From: Nannocystales bacterium
GTDB taxonomy: Bacteria; Myxococcota_A; Polyangia; Nannocystales; Nannocystaceae
Length of the DNA: 64,000 nucleotides
NCBI GenBank assembly: GCA_050633305.1
Contig: JBOEGF010000020.1
Location: 96,312 to 160,311, forward strand
Direction of reading: 5' to 3'
A model generated the notes under the pieces. It did not search any database. It saw only the letters and a list, made by a program, of their open reading frames with translations, and was not told the DNA's origin. Positions within the stretch are counted from its first letter, which is position 1, and the number at the start of each line of letters is the position of its first letter. The position numbers were made by a program, and so were the translations under genes. Positions 38,635-48,912 of this stretch are shown here, one piece after another.

Positions 38635-39549
38635 TCACTGCGGCTCCTGGCACACGCCCAGATCCTCATAACCCCCGGGCGCCTCGCCCTCGTTGTAGTA
38701 CGGCTGGCATGTCAGCCCGCCGGGGCAGTCCGGTGCCAAGAGGCTGCAGTAGGGCAGACAGCACCCGGCTGCGTCGGTGTCTGAGCACGCGATGGGCGTG
38801 GGCATGAAGCAACCCAACCCGGCGTCGCAGACGTTGATGAACTCGCACGCCTCGCCCACGGCACCCGCATCCGGGTTGGCGTCCGTGGTGCACACGAAGG
38901 AGTCCGATGACGGCACGCACAGCTCCCCTGCGTCGCAGTCGTCGCCGAGCGGATCGCACGTCGGCAGGCACGGCGCGAAGGTTCCGTCGGACGAGATGAT
39001 GCACACGGCGTCCTCCTGCTCGCACGTGGGTGCGTCGGGCGATCCGCCACACAACTCGACACACTCGCCCATCAAAGTCTCGGGATCGAGCTCAAAACAC
39101 AGCGCGCCGACATCACAGTCGTCCAGCCCCGAGACACCCGACTCTTGCGCCGTGCAGGGCTCGCCATATCCTGCCGGATCGTCCACGACGGGGACACACA
39201 TCGTGGCGTTCCACGTCGCGCCGTTGTCCGAGTAGGGCGCGCACTTGTAGCCGGGAGGGCAGTCCTGGGCGAAGAGGTCGCAGTCTTCGGGGAGCTCGAA
39301 CGTGGTCGACCCATCGCCTCCGCTCACGTCGGATCCGCCCGTGCTGCTTGCGGTCGCAGTTGTCGGTTGAGCGCTCGTCGTCGGGGCGCTGGGGTCAGTG
39401 GGACCACTGCTGGTCGACGACACGGTGCCCGTGCTGCCGGCTCCGGTCGACGTCTCGTCGTCAAGCTCTCCGACGGCGGGGCCACAGCCCGCCACGAGCC
39501 ACGCACCCACGACCAATGCCCCTCGTTTCAGCCCAGTACAGTCCAACAT
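38635..39549 (-). CDS. Cys-rich lipoprotein of the expanded Nannocystaceae 'CD.F.Q.CP.G.KC' family
   Basis: Lipobox LVAGC, Ser/Thr linker, CDLFAQDCPPGYKCAPY...WNATMC. Confidence 0.85.
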   Translation of the reverse strand: MLDCTGLKRGALVVGAWLVAGCGPAVGELDDETSTGAGSTGTVSSTSSGPTDPSAPTTSAQPTTATASSTGGSDVSGGDGSTTFELPEDCDLFAQDCPPGYKCAPYSDNGATWNATMCVPVVDDPAGYGEPCTAQESGVSGLDDCDVGALCFELDPETLMGECVELCGGSPDAPTCEQEDAVCIISSDGTFAPCLPTCDPLGDDCDAGELCVPSSDSFVCTTDANPDAGAVGEACEFINVCDAGLGCFMPTPIACSDTDAAGCCLPYCSLLAPDCPGGLTCQPYYNEGEAPGGYEDLGVCQEPQ

Positions 39550-40062
39550 CGCATCGGATCATATCCACCATAGCTAACATTCGCTACTCGCAACCGAACT
39601 CGGGGAAGGCCAGCCCGCCGGCCGAGAGAACCCGGGCTCCACACGGTCTTCGTGGGCACGGTCATCACGACCTGCTCGGTCGGGTCGTCGGAGAACGCGA
39701 CGTAGTTTCGCGCTCGCCATGCGGGACAACGAGGACGCGATCGTCCAGCCCCTCAAAATGACGCCGAGCACCACCACGCGGTGCCCTACCGAGGTGGTGG
39801 GTGACCACCGCATCGCACCGTCGGATGTGCTCCGGCTCGCGGAGCACTCGAGCCACGCGTGGCGCCAGATCGCCACGCTTCGAGGCGTCGATCGTATCGA
39901 CCTCGAACGCCCGGTCGGCCGGCTTGGTTGAGAGGACGACTGCAAGCTCGGTTCGCAGCAACGCGGCGCCGAACTCGACTCGATATCGGCGAGAGTCCGG
40001 TCGGCGCGCGTTTCGTTCAAACACCTACGTGGTGGAGTGTTGCGCGGCTAGTGGACGCACCT

Positions 40063-40719
40063 ATGAAGACTCCAGAACAACTACTGTTAAAAGGCCGTGA
40101 CGCTGTCGTGGCCGCCACCGATGAGGCCGATTGGCGAAAGGGAAAAGCCCCGGACTATCACTATTCGAACGAGCGAATGCCAGGGCAACGGACCACGAAC
40201 CACGCTGAGGGGTCGCTCGAAGCCATCGTCGAGTCGCTGATCCAAGTGTTCGAGATGGAGATCTCCCACAAGCCCGACGCAAACAAGTGGCTCAGCGTCG
40301 TCAAGGAGTCCTTCAAAACCCGCGTCAACGGTGGTCAGTGGTACAACGCCGATGCGCTCGCCGAGCGGGGAAGCTACAACGTCCTCATCGGCGAGACTCC
40401 GTTCTACGACTCCGAAGCGGAGAGCTTCGAGTCCTCCCATGACATCTTCCACCAAGCGCTGCCCGGCGGTTTCTTCTGGGAAGTCTTGGACGTCATCTCG
40501 CCCCCTCCCGTCGTGACCTTCAAGTGGAGGCATTGGGGAGACTTCACGGGCCCCTACAAGGGGTTCGAGCCCACCGGGGAGCGGGTGGAGATGTTCGGCG
40601 TGAGTATCGCGAAAGTCACGGACAATCTGCAGATCGTCGACGTTGAACACTTCTACGACAACAGCCAGTTCCTCGGCAAACTCACCGGTGGGTGTCCGAT
40701 CGCTGGCCACATGCCGTAG
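40063..40719 (+). CDS. SnoaL-like/ester cyclase fold 'pathogen-related protein' homolog
   Basis: WR...PDY, GSLE.IV, EME.SHK, GSYN, FESSH..F, F.WEVL.V..PPP.V.FKWRHWG, terminal GCP. Confidence 0.85.
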   Translation: MKTPEQLLLKGRDAVVAATDEADWRKGKAPDYHYSNERMPGQRTTNHAEGSLEAIVESLIQVFEMEISHKPDANKWLSVVKESFKTRVNGGQWYNADALAERGSYNVLIGETPFYDSEAESFESSHDIFHQALPGGFFWEVLDVISPPPVVTFKWRHWGDFTGPYKGFEPTGERVEMFGVSIAKVTDNLQIVDVEHFYDNSQFLGKLTGGCPIAGHMP

Positions 40720-40727
40720 CGGATGAC

Positions 40728-40890
40728 CATCAAATCGTCGTCAAGCTCCCACCAGGTCATCCCGAGTTTACGCCTGTCCATTCCCGAAACCGCCAAGCCT
40801 TCGACCGTGCACGGCATGTAGAGGCCGGTGGTCTCCGGGGCGATCGATACACATCGTGCTGCGTTCCACGGCGGGCAGACCGAGTTCGCG
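40728..40890 (-). pseudogene. degenerate internal fragment of a third Cys-rich lipoprotein paralog
   Basis: ANSVCPPWNAARCVSIAPETTGLYMPCTVEGLAVSGMDRRKLGMTWWELD aligns to ANDGGSAWNATRCTPVDADPDGLYEPCTAEGSGLSGIDSCELGMMCWSVD of the adjacent gene. Confidence 0.75.
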
Positions 40891-40895
40891 AAGCG

Positions 40896-41849
40896 TCAAG
40901 GGTCACCGATTCCGCAAATACCAACGTTCTCAAAACCAGGAGGCGCGGTCCCCTTCTCGTAGAACGAGAAACAGGACGTGGGCTCCGGGCATTCAGGGCT
41001 CGCTACGTCGCAGTACGGCGTGCAGCACCCACCGGCCCCGCCCTCGCACGCTCCGACGAAGTCGGGGTTCGCACACATCATGGGTGGGTCGCAGGCATTG
41101 GTGTACTCGCAGCCCTCGAACAGTCCACCCATCTTTGGACCCGAGGCGTCGGGGAGACACGTGAAGCTGTAGCTGTTCGGATAGCACCCCTCGCCCAGCG
41201 AACACGGCTCCTTGCCGAGCGGATCACAACTGGGCAAGCACAAAGCGACGACCCCGTCTCCGTTGACGCTGCAGTACGCCGTTTCGTCGACACATGTTGG
41301 AGCGTTGACGCTGCCCGTGCACATGCCGATACAACTGCCGACGAGCGTCTCGGGGTCGACGCTCCAGCACATCATGCCCAACTCGCAGGAGTCGATACCC
41401 GACAGGCCGGACCCCTCTGCGGTGCACGGCTCGTAGAGCCCGTCCGGGTCGGCGTCGACCGGAGTGCATCGCGTTGCGTTCCATGCCGAGCCGCCATCGT
41501 TCGCCCAGGGCATACACTTCTCTCCGTCCGGGCAGTTCTGCTCGAAGATGTCGCATTCCACGGAGACGCCCGTCGTTTCCCGATCGCAGGCCAGGAACAG
41601 GCACGAACCGGTCGAGTCATCGGCGGCCCCCGTCGTCGTGCCGCCGCCGGGGTCGGGCTCGGCGTCTGTGGATCCGGAGGGGGGCGTTGGATCCGCTCCC
41701 GTGGCCGCCCCGGTCAAACCAGACGACGCGGGCGCCTCCGTCGTGGATCCGCCAGGCTCTTCGACTCCGACAACGCTGTCACAGCCCGAAACCGCCGTCA
41801 GAGTTCCCAAGGTGGCCGCAAAGAACCCCCAGCGTCCTCGCTGATGCAT
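40896..41849 (-). CDS. Cys-rich lipoprotein, paralog of 38635-39549
   Basis: Lipobox AVSGC; CDIFEQNCPDGEKCMPWANDGGSAWNATRC; same Cys spacing. Confidence 0.85.
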   Translation of the reverse strand: MHQRGRWGFFAATLGTLTAVSGCDSVVGVEEPGGSTTEAPASSGLTGAATGADPTPPSGSTDAEPDPGGGTTTGAADDSTGSCLFLACDRETTGVSVECDIFEQNCPDGEKCMPWANDGGSAWNATRCTPVDADPDGLYEPCTAEGSGLSGIDSCELGMMCWSVDPETLVGSCIGMCTGSVNAPTCVDETAYCSVNGDGVVALCLPSCDPLGKEPCSLGEGCYPNSYSFTCLPDASGPKMGGLFEGCEYTNACDPPMMCANPDFVGACEGGAGGCCTPYCDVASPECPEPTSCFSFYEKGTAPPGFENVGICGIGDP

Positions 41850-42047
41850 GCAACCACTGTACAGCAAAGTTAGCAACCAGGGTTAGAAATGACAGCTTTT
41901 AAAGGGGCGCGCCGCTCGAGTCACCGCCAGCGAGGTGGAGGGCTTCGTCTTTGGCGACGACACGGCAGCTACGGTTCACCGCGCGAACCGTGACGTGCAG
42001 GAGCGGATCTTCCGCGGGCTGGATGTTCTCTCCGATCGGACCACGGC

Positions 42048-42644
42048 TCAGGCGGTCGGCCACGGCGGACCGACCGGGCCCTCGATCATGGCGTCCATGG
42101 AGTCCACCCGCAGGAGCAGCGAATCGCGGACGGGGGTGCCCCGCTCCGGTGAGAAGCGATCGCTCATGCGGGCCCTGAACCACAAGCGGTGGGTGCCTGG
42201 GGCCAGCGGGGTGGTGACCGGGGTTGTCCCGTGGCGAGAGAGGTCGAGCCCGTCGTGTTCGGAGGTGGCCAGGCGCAACTCGAACTCGCGGTCGGCTCGG
42301 CCCATCGGGTTGTTCTGCTCGTCGAACAGCCACAGCCCACCGATCGATAATTCGGACAGCGTGATTCGGGGGTCGACGTCGACGTCGACCATGCCGATCA
42401 CCCAGTAGGGGACGGGCGCGTCCGCGGAGGCGACCCCGGACGAGCCCCAGCTGCAGGTCACGGGGGTCGTGTCGAGATAGAGTTCGACGGTGGAGACGAT
42501 GGAGAGATCCACCCACCGAAGCTCCACCGGATCGCGCACGGGCGTGGTCTTGGCGGGCGCCGGCTGAACGCTGGGTGGGCTCGCGGGCGTGCACGCGAGT
42601 CCAAGCAGCGCCAGGACCAGTAGGACGTTGGCAGATCCCGTCAT
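42048..42644 (-). CDS. hypothetical lipoprotein
   Basis: MTGSANVLLVLALLGLAC lipobox, Pro linker, beta-rich domain. Confidence 0.7.
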   Translation of the reverse strand: MTGSANVLLVLALLGLACTPASPPSVQPAPAKTTPVRDPVELRWVDLSIVSTVELYLDTTPVTCSWGSSGVASADAPVPYWVIGMVDVDVDPRITLSELSIGGLWLFDEQNNPMGRADREFELRLATSEHDGLDLSRHGTTPVTTPLAPGTHRLWFRARMSDRFSPERGTPVRDSLLLRVDSMDAMIEGPVGPPWPTA

Positions 42645-42982
42645 CGACTGGGTGAACGGACCACATGTCGCGTCCAGGCTTTCAAGGTCGTCGGGTGCTG
42701 CGGTACCTTGAGTCCGCTGCGGTTGGCCAGCGGGATGGGCTGGCCGATGGAGAGTCCGGCGCAGCGCTCGTGTCATCGTGCGCCGTCCAAACGAGCGACG
42801 GGCCGATCGATTACAGCGGATTCGCCCCGGTCGATCCCAACCGCATCGCCAGCAGTGATCGCTCCACAGCCGCTCACGATCAGAGCCCAGAGCATCGGTG
42901 CGGCCGTGGTGCGAGTCGGAACCGTCTCGGTTGAATGCTGCAGGTCGAAGGCGTCGGATTCCAATCACCCCTTGCCCTGCGC

Positions 42983-44674
42983 ATGGCCGCAGTCGATCAT
43001 CTCTTGGTGTCGACGAAAGGGGTCGTAACGCGGCGGAACTGCCTGGAGGGGCTGGGTGCGCTTGGGGCAGGATCCCTACTCGGGGCTTGCTCCGCCGCAG
43101 AACCGATCGGCGACGCAGCCGCGGCCGAGCCGGCTGAGCAGACCCCCAAGCCGGACGTTGCATCGCCGGCGCCCGCGGATCCGGAGACCCCCGAAGCCGA
43201 AGCCGAAGCCGAGTCCAAACCCGAGTCCCAGCCCGAGTCAGAACCGAAGGCGGTGGTTCCGAGCCCAAAGCCCCGCCGCCCGCATGTCCTCTTTCTTTCG
43301 ATCGACGACCTGAACGACTGGGTCGGGGTGTTGGGTGGGCACCCGCAGGGCCGTACGCCCAACATCGACGCTCTTGCGGGCGCGGGCATGCTGTTTGCGA
43401 ACGCGCACTGCTCTGCGCCTTCGTGCAACGGCTCGCGAACGGCGACGCTCACCGGGATGGCACCGTCGAGCACGGGGGTGTACGGCAACGCTCAACCGTG
43501 GCGGCAACACCTGCCGGATGCTGTCACGTTACCGGAGTACTTTCGCCGCAATGGGTACCGATCCCTGGGTGCGGGGAAGCTGTTTCACGGACCGTTTCCC
43601 GACCCCCGTGGGTGGGACGAGTTTCACCCTTCGCTTTGTCGGCAAAGGCCGGAGCGTCGCAAGGGCGCGGCCAAGCCCAAACACGCTGAAGGTGGGGCCA
43701 AGTTCGGCACGCTCGCATGGGGCCCACTCGAGGGTCCCGACTCGGACATGGGCGATGCGCAGACCGTGGACTGGGTCATCGATCATCTTCCCAAACCGGA
43801 CGACCCCCCGACCTTCCTCGCGTGCGGCCTGTACCGTCCGCACCTGCCGTGGCGGGTCCCTCAGAAGTGGTTCGACCTGTTCCCACTGGAGACGATTGAG
43901 CTTCCCGACGTCCGGACAGACGACCGCGACGACATCCCTCGTAGTGCGCTCAAGCGGCTGACCTACGACAGCGACCACAAGAAGATCCTCGCCAAGGGCC
44001 AATGGAAGGGCGCGGTGCAGGCCTACCTCGCCGCGTCGGCGTTCGCGGACGCGATGGTCGGTCGCTTGCTCGCCGCATTGCGTGAGAGCGTGGCGGCAAA
44101 CGACACCATCGTGATGCTCTGGTCCGACCACGGCTGGCACCTCGGCGAGAAGCTCAAGTGGCGCAAGTTCACGCTGTGGGAGGAGGCAACCCGCGTCCCA
44201 CTCGTTGTCACGGGCCCTGGCGTGCCGACCCCTGGCGTGTGCAATCGCCCGGTGAGCCTGCTCGATCTCTATCCGACGCTGATCGAGCTGTGCGGGCTGC
44301 CATCGCGGCCAGATCTCGAGGGCCAGAGTTTCGCCAACCTGCTGACGCATCCCAATGCTGGGCGTAAGCGTGACGCGGTCACCACTTGGGGGCGTGGCAA
44401 CCACAGTGTTCGCACCAACCGCTGGCGATACACCCGCTACCGCGATGGCGCCGAGGAACTCTACGATCACAAGGCGGACCCGAACGAGTGGACCAACCTC
44501 GCCACCAAGCCAGAGCACGCGGAACTCGTCGCGAGGCTCGGGGCTCGCCTGCCCAAGAAGAGCGTCCGCGGGGCGCCTCGCCGCAAGACGTACACGAAGG
44601 AACAACTCGACTGCGACCCGAGCGTCTACTTCGAGGATGACGACGCCGAGGACGGCAACGAGGCGGAGGACTGA
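42983..44674 (+). CDS. Tat-exported lipoprotein sulfatase (S1; iduronate-2-sulfatase/choline-sulfatase-like)
   Basis: TRRNCL..LLGAC, SIDDL, CNGSRTATLTG, GY.S.GAGKLFH, SDHG.HLGE, ELYD...DP.E..NL; start may be GTG 43007. Confidence 0.9.
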   Translation: MAAVDHLLVSTKGVVTRRNCLEGLGALGAGSLLGACSAAEPIGDAAAAEPAEQTPKPDVASPAPADPETPEAEAEAESKPESQPESEPKAVVPSPKPRRPHVLFLSIDDLNDWVGVLGGHPQGRTPNIDALAGAGMLFANAHCSAPSCNGSRTATLTGMAPSSTGVYGNAQPWRQHLPDAVTLPEYFRRNGYRSLGAGKLFHGPFPDPRGWDEFHPSLCRQRPERRKGAAKPKHAEGGAKFGTLAWGPLEGPDSDMGDAQTVDWVIDHLPKPDDPPTFLACGLYRPHLPWRVPQKWFDLFPLETIELPDVRTDDRDDIPRSALKRLTYDSDHKKILAKGQWKGAVQAYLAASAFADAMVGRLLAALRESVAANDTIVMLWSDHGWHLGEKLKWRKFTLWEEATRVPLVVTGPGVPTPGVCNRPVSLLDLYPTLIELCGLPSRPDLEGQSFANLLTHPNAGRKRDAVTTWGRGNHSVRTNRWRYTRYRDGAEELYDHKADPNEWTNLATKPEHAELVARLGARLPKKSVRGAPRRKTYTKEQLDCDPSVYFEDDDAEDGNEAED

Positions 44675-44983
44675 GTCGATCGTCTGCGCCGGCGGCCTCG
44701 TCAGTGCCGGCTCAGGGTGTCAGATGGAGACTTGGCCCATTTCGGAGACCTCGAAGAGAATGTGGGGCTCCCGAAGAAGTTACCGGATCATCCCTTGGTG
44801 GCAGAGGAGCACGATGCGCGCGGTTCACGTGGGGCGAAGTTCTTCCCCATGTCCGCAGCCTGCTCGCGCTTGAAGCCTGCCCAAGCCACCGTAGACCGGA
44901 CTCGGTCCCGAGCGCCCTTCGGCGAGTCAAATCGGAAATCATTTTCCGATTTGACTCGGACATCAGACCCACGCAAGCACGCA

Positions 44984-46660
44984 TCACCCTGCCTCCCGCC
45001 CCACGCAAACACGCGCCAGTACATACGCGTGGTCACTCGCCTTGCCGCCCATGGTCCCGGGATCAACACCATTCAACTCGTTGCCGTGCAGGACCTCGTA
45101 CTCCACCGCACCGGCCTCGAACGCGCGCTTCGGAACAACCCCGTGCATCAAGACCTGAAGCTGCCCACGGTGGTTGTAGTCGTACCGTTCGCTCGGCGGC
45201 AGGGTCTCCACCATGTTCACGCTGTCGTCCCCGCACAACGTGCGCAGGGTCGAGCTGAACTCGAAGTCGTTGAAGTCACCGGTGACGTAGTAGTCCAGGC
45301 CGGCTTCTTGGACCTCGTCCACGGCAGCGCGAACGACCCGCGCCTGCGACACACGGGTCTTCTCCTTCTCGTCGAAGCCGGGTCGCTCGGGGGCGAACAC
45401 GCTGTTCTGGTGTCGCTTGCTGGCCAGGTGCACGTTGACGACGACGAGGTCTCGGTCCTGCCCCAGCACTTCAAAGCGGGCGAGCAAAGGTTTGCGTGAG
45501 CCTTCGAATGCATCAGTGCCATCGCCCAAGCGCCGCATGGACTTGCGGACCAGCTCCACCCGTTTTGGGTTGTAGAGGTACCCGTTGCGGATGTTACCGC
45601 CGGGCTGACCGCCATCGGCGTCGACCTCGGGGGGAATGTCCGCCCAGCGGTAGCTCGGGCCACCCAGACGCTTCACATCCTTGATCAGCTGCTTGTACGT
45701 CTCCGACGCGTCGACGACCGAGGTCAGCTCTGCGCCGTCGTTGTCCTGAATCTCTTGCAGCGCGACGATGTCGGGAGCCCCCGCCTCGTCCACGATCGCC
45801 CGTGCGAGCATCTCGAAGCGGCCGTAGTGGATGTCGTCATCAATGTCGCGCTCCGGGTCCTTGACCATGTGGGCCCCCTCCACGTGCACGTCGAGGTTGA
45901 AGCCGTTGAGCGTGAGGACGGTGATGCCTTCCCCGTCGCTGGTGAGCGAGGCTTTGGGATAGACCACCGGCGGTACCTCGTCGACCTCAATGCTGCCCCG
46001 GGCCACGATTTGGTAGGCCTCGGAGCGGTAGTTCAGCGGCCCGACGACTCCGGAGCGTAGCGTCGCGCCCACGTTCACCGCCGGAGCGCGGTCGTAGTCC
46101 AGCATGCGGAATCCCGGAAGCCATCGGTGGGGACGCGAGGGGTCGATCACAACACCGCCGTGAACCGTGCGGGTGCCTCCGAGCCCGGGCGGAGCGCACA
46201 CGTAGTCCGCGAACGGATTGCTCGGTGCGACAAATGTGGAGTCCTTTGGGATCCCGACGAGCATCCCCTCGAGGCCATTGAGGACTCGGGCGAGCTGCTC
46301 ATCGTCATCGGGCAGGAACTCCGCGGTGAGCCACACCGGTTCGATCGAAGGCGCGTCCCCAGGAACGAGCTTCGCTTCGAAGGGCTTGAGCTGGGTCGTG
46401 GGTCGACCATTGTCGCCGCCCACGTAGTCGAGCACGCGCCCCTCGAGTTCGAGGTGCAACCCCACCTTGGCCTTTCGCCGCGGGCTGTAGACGAACACCG
46501 CGTCAGAGACGAGCGGATCATCGGAGCCCTCGGGGTCCTGCACGAAGTAGCCCCTGCGCGCGTGGCCGGTGACAACCCCCCGGATGCGCACGGTCTGACC
46601 CGCCATGGGGGAGAGGAGGCCAGGTCCCTGGATGGCGCAGATTCGAGTCAAGGGGAGCAT
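44984..46660 (-). CDS. ExeM/NucH-like nuclease: OB-fold plus endonuclease/exonuclease/phosphatase domain
   Basis: ICAIQG...SP..GQ.V...GVVT, GYFVQD, PDIVALQEIQD, HLASK, GDFND, SDH; no signal peptide seen. Confidence 0.88.
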   Translation of the reverse strand: MLPLTRICAIQGPGLLSPMAGQTVRIRGVVTGHARRGYFVQDPEGSDDPLVSDAVFVYSPRRKAKVGLHLELEGRVLDYVGGDNGRPTTQLKPFEAKLVPGDAPSIEPVWLTAEFLPDDDEQLARVLNGLEGMLVGIPKDSTFVAPSNPFADYVCAPPGLGGTRTVHGGVVIDPSRPHRWLPGFRMLDYDRAPAVNVGATLRSGVVGPLNYRSEAYQIVARGSIEVDEVPPVVYPKASLTSDGEGITVLTLNGFNLDVHVEGAHMVKDPERDIDDDIHYGRFEMLARAIVDEAGAPDIVALQEIQDNDGAELTSVVDASETYKQLIKDVKRLGGPSYRWADIPPEVDADGGQPGGNIRNGYLYNPKRVELVRKSMRRLGDGTDAFEGSRKPLLARFEVLGQDRDLVVVNVHLASKRHQNSVFAPERPGFDEKEKTRVSQARVVRAAVDEVQEAGLDYYVTGDFNDFEFSSTLRTLCGDDSVNMVETLPPSERYDYNHRGQLQVLMHGVVPKRAFEAGAVEYEVLHGNELNGVDPGTMGGKASDHAYVLARVCVGREAG

Positions 46661-46963
46661 GTCCGTCACGCGCGGGATGATAACGCCGGGTGGAGGGTGA
46701 GACCGGTCGGTTCAGCTCGCGCCCGGTCGGGCCCTGGCATGAAGAGTCGTAGGCGGCGGCCACCTGCCAAGTGAGCTCGAGCCGCCGAGTTCGGGACACC
46801 CCGGTCGCCGCGCGGAGTGAGGGCCCGCTCGCGGCCACTCGAGTCGGGGATGGGATCACGCATCGAGGACGAACCGCGGGACCAATCTGCGATACGATCT
46901 CCCGCGCACCTCGTGCGGCTGCTCAGAGGAAGAGTCTCGCAGTGACGCGGCGACGGGGATCCA

Positions 46964-47305
46964 ATGGAGCGTTCCGCCATCCCTCCCGCCCCGCAACGAC
47001 TGAGTTGGGTGCTCGGACTGGCACTGGTCGTGCCGGGATGCGGTGCCGTCGTGCCGGGTCCGAGTCCAGGGAACGAGAGCAGCGAAGGGACCAACGGAGG
47101 GCTCGCACCGGGTGCGGACCCGCGCGAGGAATGGTCTCGGACGTGCATGCTGCCCCCCCGGGACAGCGGTTTCGATGGACCCGGAGACAGCTGCGACAAC
47201 TGCCCGCTGGTCCCCGACCCCACGCTCGAGACCTACGTCGATGACGAGGGCATGCACTGGCCCAATGACGGCGCAGCCTGCAACGGCGACTTTCGTTGCC
47301 AGTAG
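46964..47305 (+). pseudogene. probable internally deleted thrombospondin type-3 repeat lipoprotein
   Basis: Lipoprotein signal (LALVVPGC) followed shortly by one terminal D..FDG.GDSCDNCP..P repeat and WPNDGAACNG. Confidence 0.55.
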
Positions 47306-47346
47306 GGGCTCGCGTCAGAGGCGAGCATCGCAGGAATCGCGCTCCA

Positions 47347-48114
47347 CTACCGCAACGAGGTGGGCCGCGGGCTGAAGCGATCCATGACCCAACGGGTGAT
47401 CCCAGGAAAGAACCGAGCCACCGTGTACACCCGCGGGTAGATCACCCGCGCGTTGCGACGCTCGATCGCAAACAGAATCCGCTCTGCGAGTTGCGTCGTG
47501 TTTCCGACCGGCAGTCCCTTGGTTGGATCCTTTGGGTATCGGTCCACCGCCGCACTGGCCATGTCGGTCTCCACGGGCCCCGGATAAACCGTGACCACAT
47601 GCACCCCGCGGGGAGCCACCTCGGCCCGTAGGGCCTCAGACGCCGCAGCCAGTGCAGCCTTCGACGCGCTGTAGTGAACCATGCCCAGCGTGGGAGCGAG
47701 TGCAGCCAGCGAAGCGATGTCGACGATCGTGCCTTGGCCCCGTTCGAGCATCCGCGGCAAGACAAGCAGCGTCAGCCGGAAGGGGGCGAACACATTGACC
47801 GTCAGCAACCGTTCCCCCTCTTCGACAGAGATCTCGGGCGTGGGACCCACCACCTGAATCCCTGCGTTGTTCACCAGCACGTCGATCGGGCCCAGCGCTT
47901 CCTCGGCGGCGTCGACAAGCTCCGCGAGCGAGTCGAGGGCGGAGAGATCCGCAACCAGACACTGCGCCTTGACCGTGCCGTGCAACTCGGAAGCGACCCG
48001 CTCGAGTTCCGGCTCACGACGCGCCACGAGTGTGAGGTCGTATCCGGCGGCGGCCAGTCGCTTGGCGATCGCCTCGCCGATCCCAGCGGAGGCTCCAGTC
48101 ACGAGGGCGTGCAT
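47347..48114 (-). CDS. short-chain dehydrogenase/reductase
   Basis: TGASAGIG, LVNNAG, YSASK, PGPVET. Confidence 0.93.
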   Translation of the reverse strand: MHALVTGASAGIGEAIAKRLAAAGYDLTLVARREPELERVASELHGTVKAQCLVADLSALDSLAELVDAAEEALGPIDVLVNNAGIQVVGPTPEISVEEGERLLTVNVFAPFRLTLLVLPRMLERGQGTIVDIASLAALAPTLGMVHYSASKAALAAASEALRAEVAPRGVHVVTVYPGPVETDMASAAVDRYPKDPTKGLPVGNTTQLAERILFAIERRNARVIYPRVYTVARFFPGITRWVMDRFSPRPTSLR

Positions 48115-48201
48115 CAGCCGGAGCATATACCGCTGGCGAAGGAAACCACCGCCCCCGCCCAGCGTCGCCACGGCGCCTTCGGCCAAACGCGGGGACGCCA
48201 G

Positions 48202-48912
48202 TCATTGACACAGTTGCCCGGACGCCTGCACGTTGATGACCCACTGCTCGTTCGGGCTGCCGACGCAGTCGTAATCCTGCACCCACTCCGGGTCGATGTG
48301 ACCGTAGGGGATGTTGAGGCAACGACTGGTTCCGCGGCTCTGGAGCACCCAGATCCCGGGGGCTGCTCCGGCGTTGTAGTCGACGAAAGCCTGACTGTCA
48401 GTCGGTCCGCAAGCGACCTGCCGCAGCCAGCCATTGTTGGAGTGCAGGCACAGGCCGGTCAGTTCGTTCTCGAAGCGCAAGACTGTTTGGTTCGTGCTCA
48501 GGTCGACGCTCGCCTGTACATCCCATTGCTGGGCCGGGCCGTAGTCGCAGTACTCCTGACGCACATAGGACCAGTTGGCAGAGCCGTGGGCCTGGAGACA
48601 CATACCGCTGTTGACCTGAACGATGATCGCCTCGCCCCCAACGTAGCCCGCCACTGGGTCGAGGTTCGCCGAGAGGTCGAGGTCGAGGTCGGGCGAACGG
48701 CCGGGAGGCGCGACGGCCGGCCCCACCTCTTCGCCGTCGGCGTCGACGATAGAGTACGCCGAGGCCAGCGGGTGGGCGTCGTCGTCCTCGAACTCTTCGG
48801 TCGCCGCCGGGTCGGCGTCGTCGAGGGACTCTTCATGAAGGACGGACGACTCATCGCAGGCAGCGAGGAGTACGAGAGAAGCGAGGGATGCGAACCTGAT
48901 GCGGCGTGCCAT
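48202..48912 (-). CDS. ricin-B lectin domain lipoprotein
   Basis: Lipobox LLAAC; three SG.CL...Q..C....Q.(W/F) repeats. Confidence 0.9.
   Translation of the reverse strand: MARRIRFASLASLVLLAACDESSVLHEESLDDADPAATEEFEDDDAHPLASAYSIVDADGEEVGPAVAPPGRSPDLDLDLSANLDPVAGYVGGEAIIVQVNSGMCLQAHGSANWSYVRQEYCDYGPAQQWDVQASVDLSTNQTVLRFENELTGLCLHSNNGWLRQVACGPTDSQAFVDYNAGAAPGIWVLQSRGTSRCLNIPYGHIDPEWVQDYDCVGSPNEQWVINVQASGQLCQ

Noticed and set aside
39600..40030. Overlapping 70-148 aa ORFs on both strands
   Set aside because: Probably a decayed gene, but I could not assign a frame or family.
38635..41849. Ribulose-phosphate epimerase label sometimes attached to this Cys-rich family
   Set aside because: No TIM-barrel epimerase motifs; these are disulfide-rich lipoproteins.
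42665..42964. Short lipoprotein-like ORF (MLWALIVSGC...)
   Set aside because: Early stop and no recognisable domain; at most a remnant.
44760..44830. Minus-strand ARIVLLCHQG as an IS630 transposase fragment
   Set aside because: Only ~10 residues between stop codons, with no supporting motif.
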